DNA of 64,000 nucleotides. It comes from Felis catus. Taxonomy: Eukaryota. The first letter of the stretch is position 1. Each line of letters starts with the position of its first letter. The translations under genes were made by a program, and so were the position numbers. Under the pieces are notes generated by a model, which was given only the letters and a program-made list of their open reading frames with translations, had not been told where the DNA came from and did no database searches. Of the stretch, positions 36,491 through 48,435 are shown in pieces. Location of the stretch: assembly GCF_018350175.1 (NCBI RefSeq), contig NC_058368.1, positions 188,916,001 through 188,980,000 of the forward strand. The letters are read 5' to 3'.

Positions 36491-37499
36491 GCCATTGGCC
36501 CCAACCGCTGCCAAGTCCTGCTTCCAGTTTGGGAGAGATGGAGAATGAGGTTGGAAGGGGAGAACTGGCCAGACTCAGGAGGGTGGACTTGATCCCATAG
36601 GCTAAGGAGAAACAACAGAAAGCTTTTGAGCACAGCAGTAACATTTCGAAAGCTGGCATCTGAGGAAGGTTAATCTGGGTTTTGGTATGTAGACGAGATT
36701 TAGCACATAATTAATAACCTGATAGTAGAAGTGAATTACAAACGGGCAAGTATGTTTGCTTTTTGCAGTCCAGATTGAACAGCCCAGACCCCAAAGAGTA
36801 ATTTTTGAGGAAGTTGAGTCAGTCAACATGGAGTTCAAATGGAAGTGGAGTTCCCACTCTACTTTACTCTTCTGTCTGGATACATTTGATGATACACATT
36901 CCGGTGCTTGTGACGTCATTGATCATCACCACGGAAACATCTGTGCTATAACAAACACTGGAGTGCAGCGTCACTGAATGTGTCAGGGAGGAGAGGAAAC
37001 TGGCTCAAAATGATAAGGCTCTCAATAATAAAAATTCAGTCAAATACGTTAGCAGTAGCAGCCTTGGTCGTGTGGAGAAATATAAGCATTACTATTCTGA
37101 AAAGCACAGAGCAGGAATTGTGCATTACTAAAGGTTGGGCAAGGTTGATTTTGAGATGCTGCTCACATTCAAAACACCGTTTCTTTAAAAAGTCACTATC
37201 TATGCTGTCTTGCATGATGACAATAGAAATCCTTCAGGAGCAGGGAGCTCGTCTCTCAAACTGCTTATAGAAAATCTTCTACATAGCAGAGGAAGGCTAG
37301 CTGGGGACTTTTATGTTGTTATGGGAGAGGCCTTTAGCAATCAGAAGCAGAATTGGCATTGGTGGTGGTTTGTGTTTATTGTTTGATGAGTCAGTGGCAG
37401 TATTAGTTGTGTAGTTGCAGAAATTAATAACTGAAAGGTGATTCTTGGTCCTCCAAAAATACCGAATTTATATGCTGGTGGATCAGATCATGGACTGAA

Positions 37500-37820
37500 T
37501 CTAGCTCTAAGCCATTTTTAGGTTTGGTTGGCATGGTGCTTTAAGAAACTATGTATTTGTTGTTTTACAATTGAAAATAAAGAGAGTTTACCTAAAAATC
37601 CAGATTTTCAAATTCTTTTTATATTCAGAAGAGCTGGTAATGTTGGACCTACATTTTCAAATGGCAGCACTTAGGTCAAACTGAGAAGTTGTGTCCCTTT
37701 TGGGTGGGGTATACATTCTACAGTTTAGCCACAAACCCCACCTTTCCTATTGTGTTGTCCGTAGCCCATTTGATTTACTTACCTTTCTGCCTGGTCCTGT
37801 GAGCATTTGATTTTGTGGTC
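37500..37820. mobile_element. hAT-Charlie element, MER102-like
   Basis: gagtttacctaaaaatccagatttt...tcagaagagctggtaatgttggacctacatttt. Confidence 0.5.
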
Positions 37821-37950
37821 ATTGTTGAAGGGGGTAGAGATTAATTATTTCTAGCACAGTTCCTGGTATATGGATGGCACCTCATATGTATGTAACTCTG
37901 ATTGTTCTTTATCAGTTACAGGGTCAGTTATTTAAATTTGATCCTTAGAT

Positions 37951-38165
37951 CAACGCTGTCCAATAGAACTTTCTGTGATGATGGAAATGTTCTATCTCTG
38001 TGCTGTCTGATGTGATAGTCACTAGTCACATATAGCGATTGACCACTTGAAATGTGGTTAGTATGACCAAGAAAATAATTTTCTATTTTTATTGAATTTT
38101 AGCTAATTACAAATTAAATTTCAATAGTAGCATATGGCTAGTGACTACCATATTGGGCAAAGCAG
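37951..38165. mobile_element. hAT-Charlie MER3-like
   Basis: gctgtccaatagaactttctgtgatgatggaaatgttcta...cacttgaaatgtgg...ggctagtgactaccatattgg. Confidence 0.85.
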
Positions 38166-41100
38166 ATTTCAGTAATGACATTGAACATCCTGTCCTTGCT
38201 TACAACAAAATGTGGAGAATAGATACTAGGGCTGTGTGTGTGAGTGTTCATTTTACAAGAGATTACTTATAGTGAGCTTCATCACTTAGGATCACCTACC
38301 TCCTGAAAGGAACCCCCCCTTTTATCAGTTGACTATAATTCTTGTCAAAAACATATGCCAAAGACGTATGTTTTATAAGATGTTATATGTACATTTGGAC
38401 CAATATACGTAAGTCATCTTAAGCTCAAATGCAAGGTTTCACTGCTCTCTTCCTCTGGCTGTCCAGTTAAGGGTACTGTGCAAACATAATAACTAGACCT
38501 GTGTGTGGAAAAGCCTGAAATTTTTGATGAGCTGCTGGCCCCTGCAATACATGATGGCATAGAGCCAAGATCCAGTGTTACCAAGGGGATTATGGAAAGC
38601 TGGTGGATCCCTGCCCTTCTAGACTGCTAGAAGGATCTTACATTCTTAGGACTCAGGCTCCAAAGGTTGCAGTCTCTTGCGTTTCCATCACAAATCTACA
38701 CTGAGCACATCTAACGATCACATTGCCTAAACCAGCCACAAAGTAGGATGCTAAAAGATCCTTCTTTTATGCAACTTATTCATTCATTTGCATGCTGTTT
38801 GCTTCGCTGAGCCCAGCAGTCACAGCCCTCCCTCTTCCTTTGTCACAGGGTTGGAAACCCCAGAACCATCTATCAGAGCTCTGGCTTATTGGTTACTCAC
38901 TGACCTCTGTCCTGAGACTTGCCCAGTCAACTTTTCCAGCTGAAAAATAAGTAACTTCACTTCTTCTGGGGATGTATGCACGAGGACAAAATAGTCTGTT
39001 TCATTCAAGATGAAGCTCTGAATTACAAACCCCATCCCCTAAAAAAGCCATCTTAAAACATAGAAAACCTAGTGAAAATGATAGAAATGGCTGTTGTAGC
39101 TAATTTTATCAAATGATGACTAATACCAATCCTCTTGTAATGGAAAAAAAAATCCCATACATGAATATATTCTGCTTGGATCATTCATCCAGTCGGAAGG
39201 ATATCTCATCTCTTCTCGTAGTCAGGTTCTGCAGAGAGGATACCAAGTCTTCCTTTTCTGTCTTTATGGGCAAACATTAGTGTAAACCCCTACTTTGACA
39301 GTGCATTGAATGAGTCCTAGAATTCAATAGGAGGAAAAAGACAAAACCCTTTAACAATGATGACAAAAGATCCTACATGGTTTTAAATTCCTTCTTGGGA
39401 AAATTCTTTGTAAAAATGTTTTCTAGGAAAAGACCAAGCTGATATCAACTGAGACTAACTAATGAAATGTTAAATTATCTGCACACAGATACGTTTTTAA
39501 TGTTGAGTTTAGTCCGGGTCCCAGACACAAGGAGGCTAAAAATTCATATTCAGATAAGGAAAGGCAAACCTTGGCGAACAGATGGAGCAGAGTTCAGCAT
39601 AAAGGTTTAATCCTATCAGGCCGATTCCTGTATGGCCATCTGGATAATCCGGCACACGCATTCAAGGCCTGTTAAAAATACGACTCCAGCCAAGATTAAC
39701 ATCACAGATTTTCCACTAGACTTGCTCATATTTGACTTTATGATTTTCCAGGCCCAGGAAGATTGCCTGCGAATAAGGACTCGAGTATTCCTTGAAGAAG
39801 CACTTACATGTTTTTTTTTTCTTTTTTTTTTTAACCTGAAAATTGTTTTCTCTTTTCACAATATTGGCTGTCCAGTTTTGGAAAGTTATTTTCATTTTCC
39901 TTTCTTCCCTGGCTTTCATATCTAGAACTTTTCTTACAACAGGATAATAAGGAGAATTGGGCTAAAAATAATTTTGTGCATAAAAGTTCTCCTTGTCAGG
40001 AAGAAAAGAGTTATTTACTTATTGTATAATCAGAGGCAAGTGAATTTACTATTGTTGAAACAAATATCACAATTGGATCCATGAATAATTCATTTTGAGG
40101 ATTCTCCCACCTTCTACAATAATTTTTTTTTCAGTGGTGTGGCTGATGATCCTAGAACAAGAGAGAAAAAGAAAAGAAACAAAAAACAGTGGCAATATTT
40201 GCCATTAGTTATTGTGGGATTAATATTTTGTATATTTTAATTTTGGATTTGGGAGATCAAACATGAGGGGGATAACAGCAAATTCTCACCTCCTTGAGTT
40301 TATAAAATTCTGAGCTTCCGAAGTGTTAAGAAACAATTTTTGCATATTATGAAACAATGCTATGTTGCTGTCATTGAATCAAAAAGCCTTCAACAAGTCT
40401 TTCAAGTGCAATTTAGAAGTTACAGGTACATCAAAATGTCAAGATTTTTCACTGCTAAATTGTTAAATAACCCTGTGTGCTGAACCTACACAGTTATGGA
40501 TCTCAGGTAGACAAACTCAGGAATCTAAAAGTACTTGCCCTAAAATGTTCAGATTACAATTGTTGCTCTAGGATTTCTGCTCTTCCCTTGCTCAGATCTG
40601 TGTCCACTGATTGTTGAAGAATTTTGCTGATTCAGAATAGAGTAAGAAAGATGAAAATTAAACAGAGAGCAGATACAATTTGGACTTACTCTGCCTTTAG
40701 CAAATGGCATAGTTTGGAACTTAGCTAAACTGAGATACACCTAGATATTCCCACTAGGTTAACTCTGTGTTAACGTAGATGGACTTTGGATTTACATTTC
40801 CATCTACTGACTGTGAGGTTTTTCTTTTCTCCTTTTCTGTGAGAGCCATTAATGTTGTCAAAGTGAAGGACTTTGCCAAATAAAGCCATTTTGGAATAAA
40901 GGATGGAAAACATTTGAAATTCTTGATCTCCTCATTTAATATTTAATAGATTTAATTGCATTGGTATTGAGAAATCTCCATATCATGGGTTTCATTTCTC
41001 TTCAAAGTGACACACACAGAGAATCTCTTTTGCATATATAATATATTATTCTTTGCCAAGTAATATTTAGATATGCTAGTGGATGGGGCAATAAATGAAG

Positions 41101-41779
41101 ACCAATAACAAAACAAAATGAAAATCCTAATAAACAATAAAATGCTTAGCTGCATAAAGCAATTACTAAAAAAGAAATAAGGGAAGGCAGAAATAAATCT
41201 AGTCATTTAAGAGCTTTATTTATTTGTTTGTATTAAGAGTTATGTTTATTTGTTTGTTAGCTGATTAGTAGGAGTATGTGGTGAGGTTATCATCCTGAAA
41301 GTGAAGTTTGCACATGCTGGTGCGAGGGTTCAGGTCAGGCATTATAACTGCTATTGATTGGTTTCCAAGGCATCCAGTTGGAAAGTGGGTAAACCCAGAG
41401 TAGATTTGCATCCTGTACATAATGAAAATATAGAGGGTCAGTCTTCCTGCTAGGAGCAAACCATCTGTTTGTCCTCCTTCCTGGCCAGTAGCTGCCAGTT
41501 GTCAGGATCCAAGAATGCAGGTATTGGTACTGCTGATCTGGGAGTAGTCAGGAAAGTAATCATTTCACTTAAAAAACCTAGCAAGAATCATTGTTTTGAT
41601 TTAACAAGAAGGGTGTATATCTATGCATTGAGCCCAAGTAGAATTCCTTTGTGTCCCTGTCATTTCTGGAAGAGGCCTGCTGTCAAGCACAACTTCACCA
41701 AAATCAAGTAGATACAGAGAGAAAGGCCCTCATGAGATTATATGAGGTCACAAGTGTCCCATAGAAATGGGCTGAGCTA

Positions 41780-41861
41780 GGGGCACCTGGGTGGCTCAGT
41801 CAGTTAAGCACCTGACTCTTGATTTCAGCTTGGGTCATGATCCCACAATCGTGATAAAAAA

Positions 41862-41918
<57 letters not shown>
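41780..41918 (+). mobile_element. Head-only CAN-SINE with A15 + (GA)23 tail
   Basis: 76-nt SINE 5' end at 41780-41855, then the A-run and GA repeat. 16-bp TSD AGAARTGGGCTGAGCT at 41763-41778 and 41919-41934. Confidence 0.88.
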
Positions 41919-41920
<2 letters not shown>

Positions 41921-44644
41921 AAGTGGGCTGAGCTCATGGGTTTCACAAGTCTTAAAAATTTGGGACAATAACAGGAAAGTCATGTCCTTATTTCTGAAAA
42001 GATCTCCATTAATGTTCATTCCAGGCAAATGAGAGCCTTAAAAAAAATTCCACCTTAGAAGTACTGATGCGAGATTCACCTCCTCATTCAAGTTAGCTGG
42101 CTAGGTTAAGCAAGTCGTTGTACTGAAGGTTCCTAGGAAAGTTTTACAGTCAAGTACACAACCTGGAATGATGAGACTGTTGGATATTCTAGTGAGCAAA
42201 TAAACTCTGGCTTGTGGGAAACTGGTGATAACAATAATTATTACAGCAGCAACTAGCATGTTCTGTGCCTGGCACATAGTAAAACAACAAGACGCAAGCA
42301 GACACATCCTGCATTTTGCCACAAGTCTGTGAGCAGAAATTACTGCCTGGAGAGGGTAAGAGCTTTAGAGAGGCTAAGTGACTGCTTCAAGGTCATTCTG
42401 AGTGAGAGAGGTGCAATTTGAACAGCTGGAGCTGTTGCCCATTTGCAAATACTGTAATACTCTGAATGTTAAATCAACTTAACATAATTGCATCTTTCTG
42501 TCTTTATTCAGGAGCCAGCCAGTAAGGGCTGGTGCCAGCATCTTCACCTCCATTGTAAGCATCAGTTATCTGCTCCGTAGAAATGCTCATTAATAGAGAG
42601 TTCTGGCTGACAGAATGCTGAAAAAGGAGAGTTTACATCTCTTCATATATCATACATGATGGAAATGGGAAATCAGCTTGTATCTATTTTAGTGGAATTT
42701 TATCTTGAGATTTAGAATGGGACGAGAACATTTATATATTTACACATTTTACCAACTGATGAAGTGTTGTTTTCCCAGCATGTTTAAATACAGGAAGGGA
42801 CAAAAGAGCCAAACAGTGCATCTTTAATGAGACTTCCATTATAGGACATCGACTGTCACAAAAGCCTCATTTTGGAGATAAGAGATGATAAATCTTGCAC
42901 CCAGGTCATCTGTACGGATACCTCAAACAAGTGAGGTATTGATCACAGTACAAAGATTTCAGAGGCAAAAGTATGAGCAGCCCCAGGCCCCTGCTGATAG
43001 CTGCACACACCACTAATTCACCTCAATGGGCAGGCACCTCTGAGCTCAATTAACCCTTATTCCCAAGGCCACCCATAAACCCTGAGGTAAACATGGCTCT
43101 CCTGGCCCTTGCTTTCTATCAATGAAATAGATCATTTCTATTGGAGGCTAAGGTGCAATTCTAACTTACAAACTCACCTTGCTAAAAAAGGGAACTGATG
43201 CTTCCAATGTGATTGAGCAGACACTTGCATCTTGTAACATTGATTCTGGAAATCAGAGAATTTTAAACTGCTGAGGGCATCCGTGATTTCTTCTGTCTTC
43301 TGTGGCTATTGGAAGGAAATATAAACGCTCTGGAGGTAGAGCAGGTGATAGCAAATGTCCCCTGGTGCAGTTGTCTGCACACAGAACATTAGTTGTTAAA
43401 TATGTACTGGAGGCTGAATGATTTCTTTCCTTCCTTCTTTCTTTTCTTTTTTTTTTCCCCCTCATTCTTCCCTCTCTTTTTCTTCTCACCACGACCATTG
43501 TTCAGAAGCAAATTGGAAATCTGGTAATTAGGCCCTGACTCACGGTGTAGTATTAGAGTCCCGAGCCAAAGTTCAACACCCTGAAATGAAATTTAAACCA
43601 ATTAATCTGTTAGATTTTTATCGCTTGTCCGTGTTTTCTCAGCAATTCCCCCAGCACGTGGCCTTTGATCAACTCTCATACAAACGCTAAAATGTGTGCC
43701 TGCTGCTAGCAAGATGGGAATGACATTAACATGGTACTCATAAAACAATCAGAGCAGAGAAGCCCTCAAACAGGCAGGGCATGGTAATATTTAATAAAAG
43801 CACACACATAATCTTCAGAATTAGCATTTTGTGCCTTGCAGTACCTTTGGGAGAAGAGCTTTTATTTGTGGAGTGATCATTATTATAACAAAGAAGAGCT
43901 ACCTAATAATTTCCACTTTAACTCTGCAATGTGCCACGAGCATTTCAGAGCCATTATGCTAAACTGTGGTGGGGTAATCATGTTATTGTCATAGTTTGAA
44001 GGAAAGAAAATCTCCTCTACTTTGGTGGCTGTTGGGGGTGGGGGAAGAGGTAAAAAAAAAAAAAGGGCAAAGAAAAAAAATCAACTTCAACTTTTATTTT
44101 CAATGGGATTTAGAACCAGGAATTGGCTTATCATCCTTGTGGTTACCACAGTGAAAATTCACTGGTGAAGAAGAAAGAATCTTTTATTAATTAAATTATT
44201 TACTAATTAAATCAAGATTTGGCTGGTAAAAGTGGTTTTGTATTCAATCAAATCCACCCCCCTCCCCTATTTTATAATATTTTCATGGAGATAGAATTGT
44301 ACTGATTATTACATTCCTGGGCTGAATTGAGTTCGTTTATAAATATTTTCACCTTCAAATTCTACTGAATATATCCACTATGACTATTAAAAATGATCTC
44401 TCCTTGTTGTCCCCTCCATGTCTCTTTGGATATCTTGAATGAAAGAAAAACAGGTCCTTGGCTGCTCAGATGTTGTCTGGGCTTCCTCAGAGCAAAGCTT
44501 ACCCAAAAAGAAGAGAGAAGGAGAGGCTCGGGATCTGTTAGTCAGCACAGCTGGGCTTTTTTTCTTTTTCTTTTTAAATTTGTATCAATGTGCTCCAAAT
44601 AGTACCTTTATCTCTTACAGAATTAAGTGCTCTGTTATTCTGTT

Positions 44645-45140
44645 ATTTAATTTTTATTATGATAACATTACCTTAATGTGTGCTCATTGAAAACATTCAA
44701 ACCATTTGGCTTTCTATAGAGTAAAATTTACCAGTCTCCCTGCCCCCTCAGCCCCACCCCAGTGCCATTGCTCTTTCATATGGATCCACTGGGGACAGTG
44801 GATGTACGTCCTTCCAGACCTTTGTTCACGTGTAACTACATACACACAAGCACAGGTGCACAGATAGGCTCCTATATATATCATTTTTTAAGTTAACAAA
44901 ATCACATTATTCATTAGACTATAAATTGTGTTTTTACTTACCTAACCTACTTTGATATCTTTCCATGTCAGTTGATAGAAATCTTTTCCAGCCATTCTGA
45001 TGGCACTCCTAATATTCTGTAGTAGGGATATATCATAATTTATTTAACCACTCTATTATTGGGGGCACCTAGACTCTTGAATTTTTTGCTGCAGTGAACT
45101 TTTGGATACCTGTAGTTTAGGTACATTTGCAGGTATTTCC
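44645..45140 (-). mobile_element. Ancient L1ME-like fragment
   Basis: gatatctttccatgtcag...tatcataatttatttaaccactctattattgggggcacctagact..aattttttgct. Confidence 0.6.
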
Positions 45141-45169
45141 TGAGCTGCTTTTAGTCTGGCAGGTTTGTG

Positions 45170-45510
45170 AATAGGATAAAAATGTAAAATGGTGGCCTAG
45201 GCATTAAATTTACCCCCATAAACATTTTGTTTACAGCCTACACGTTTAAGAAAATTGAGTTAGTTGCCAGCATTTAAAGATTGGGAAATTCACATAAAAA
45301 TCTAGTTCCCAGCTTCTTTCAAAAGATCAGAAGACCAGACCACACTTGACCTGCATTTGTGTGGGGAGTACCAGTGGCTAGACCTTCCCCAGTTCTTAGT
45401 GTCAGGGGCCATTCATCTCATGCTTATTCTGAGACTCTGAGCTGCTGTATTCGTTTATGTTTCTTGCCTTGGCCTATATGAATCTGTGAGTTCTTAGTAA
45501 CTGCCCTCGA
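45170..45510. mobile_element. hAT-Charlie element, MER102-like
   Basis: aattgagttagttgccagcatttaaagattgggaaattcacataaaaatctag...aaaagatcagaaga. Confidence 0.55.
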
Positions 45511-48285
45511 GACTGATCTGTTTATCTAGTCACAGTGCCTTCTACCTTGTCTTATTGACATCTTAGAGTTCTTCATTTGGGGGAATATCCGGTGCACTGT
45601 TGGATAGTTAGCATCCTTGATTTCCAGGCACTAAATGCCACTAACATTACTTTCCCACCTCTGTCTCTCAGTGGGACAGCCCAAAGTCCTTTACATATTT
45701 TCTAAACTTCCCAGTGAGGAAATACCACAGAGCTTCCTTTCAAGACCACTATGATACACAGATGTATAGGAGCACCTTTAGAACCCTCTGAAGCCTAACT
45801 TCAGAAAAAAAGTCTGCATGACTTACTTGTTCTAGGAATGGCATCTAGTCTCTAAGCTAAGATAGTGGATGGTTGAGTACAGAGGTAGGATGGATCGAAG
45901 AGTATGTCACTCTCTTCTTGGAGTACTTCCTTCAAGGGTTCTTTTCTCTAAAAAGCTAGGAAGATGGTGTCACATATTGTCTCCTCACCATGTTGTCTCT
46001 GGAGGCTTGATGATCTTTCTTTCTTTTAGCTAGTTGACAGTTAGCTTTGTTTCTGGTTGGTTGCTCACAGAATTTGAAAACATTATCACTTTCTTAGGAA
46101 GTGTTTGAAAGCACATAACACACATAGACATATATACTTACATGCCCTTTTTATCCTACGAATAACAAATGGAAAGAAGCGGGAGGGGGTCAACTCTAAA
46201 ACCAGCTTCACCATACTATCAGAACAACTTTGCTATAGGAGAGTCTCTCAGAGATCCAACACAGTCTTCTGCCTCCTTTTGTGCAATGCTAAGTAAGCCT
46301 GGAGGAGTCTAAAGTGTGCAAGCACACTTCTTTACGTAGAGAAGTGTGCTTGCATGATTACAAAAATAAAATTTTAAAAATTAAAAGAAAGCTAATACAG
46401 ATAATGAACATCAAGACTATATTGTGGTTTATGAAGGTAGTCACAGGGGTAGCATTTAATGATACCATTAGATTTCGCACTTTGCCATTAGGCAAGACTC
46501 TTTCAAGACCAGTTCAGTTAAACCAAGATCCTATTCTTCTCAGAAGTATCTGGAGATATGGCACCCTTTCTGCTCTACTTTAACAACTAAGTATGCTGAG
46601 TTAGAAATTAAGAATTGAGATTTTGAGACATTAACCAGCATGTTTCCAAACTGCTTTTATTTTAGGAATTCTACATAATTGTTACATGTACTTTTTTTCT
46701 GTTATAAATGTCTTGAAATCATACATAATATTCTACCTTGGGTTTGGGAATACTCAGTCATGCATTTAAACATCTTTATTTCTAAAGAAAAAATTTTGCT
46801 TAAGAAAAAGTCCTGTGCCTATGGAGCATTGACCACAACCTTTATGTGTGTTAAAAATTGGACAAGAATTTTCAAGTTATGAATCATTTACATTTTCTTG
46901 ATTAATTATTTTGTTTTGGGGAGAAAGTGAAGGAGAGAAAAGGCATCTGAACTACCTAGTTTTAGTTATAAATGCATTACTGTGAGTTCAGCCAACATGA
47001 AATGTTTAGTTTGGATATTTCCTAATTTCTCTGTGTTATTTTATAAGATGAATTTGAATCAAAATCAAACCCATTCTACTTGTTTGTGTGGTGGCACGTG
47101 AACGATGGTCCCGCCGGGATGGGCTTAGTATTTTCTTTTCTTCTTGCAAAAGTTAAAGCATGACATTTTGCCAAATTTGACAAAGGCCAATGGTTTTTTT
47201 TCCAGCTTCTTCCCGTTAAAATTAACTGGTGCTCTTGTTGGCTTCAATATTTGGAAAGTCAGTCTTGGATACTTAATAAACTTTTTTATTAAAGAGAAGG
47301 GTCTCGTTTCCTCTCCTTGCGCAATATCTCCCTTGCTTTAGAATTTTGCTTTGTTTCTGCTCATAAAAGTAATCATGAGAACAACAGCATGGCACTGTGG
47401 AGTTAAAAATCATTGGTGCCTTCTGAGAGATTTCAAAAACATAATCCTACAATTACATTTATGCCTAGCAATTGCATTGAAAGTATGCTGTACTCATCAG
47501 ACAAACCACCTCCAGTCCGTTTAGAATCATGGTATTTGCAAATTATTTCCCATCTCCAAGGGCCATTTATAAGAGAAAGAGAAGAGATATGAAATTTTTT
47601 TAAAAAAGTCCTTTCTAGAGTTTTATGCCTGGGAATGACAACAAAGCAAAGGTCATGAGACATTTTGTGGTTCAGCCCTGACTCAGCTATTTGGTTACAT
47701 AATTCACCCTGAGTGACCTTCATACTTTACATCTATAAAATGGGGTCTGTGTCATTTGTTGAAAAAAAGCTTAATGATTTTTGTGAGAAATGTTGCTGTG
47801 TTCATGTTATAGGTGGAAGGCATGGAGCAAGAATGTTTTCCTGCTCCAACCTCCTCTCTTTCTCACTTCCCTTTGGGCAGCAATGCTATCTAAAAATCTA
47901 TTGATTTAACTTTGGGAAGTATGTTTAATCAGGAAGCAATTCTATAATGTTTCCGATGTGTTCCAAGAAGTCACCTAATTTTTTTTAATCTTTAACATCT
48001 CATGAATTAAAATTTGCTTCTGTGTTTTATTTCATAAGATTTCATGTTTGAAAATTGTTTGGGTAAAATATTTGTATGTCAATAGAAACAAGGAAAAAAA
48101 TGCTTTTAAAAATTGAAAATTGCACCCTTAGGTTTTAGGTCCTAAAGCAGCTAGAAAATTCTGAGATCTTGAGGGACTTCCTGTTAGTGAAAAGATAAAA
48201 GATATATTTTTTTCTTTTTCTCGAGTCTCCCATCATTAAAGTTTGGTTCTAACAGCAGACTCCTTCTCTTTTTCATGTGTGTTGA

Positions 48286-48435
<150 letters not shown>

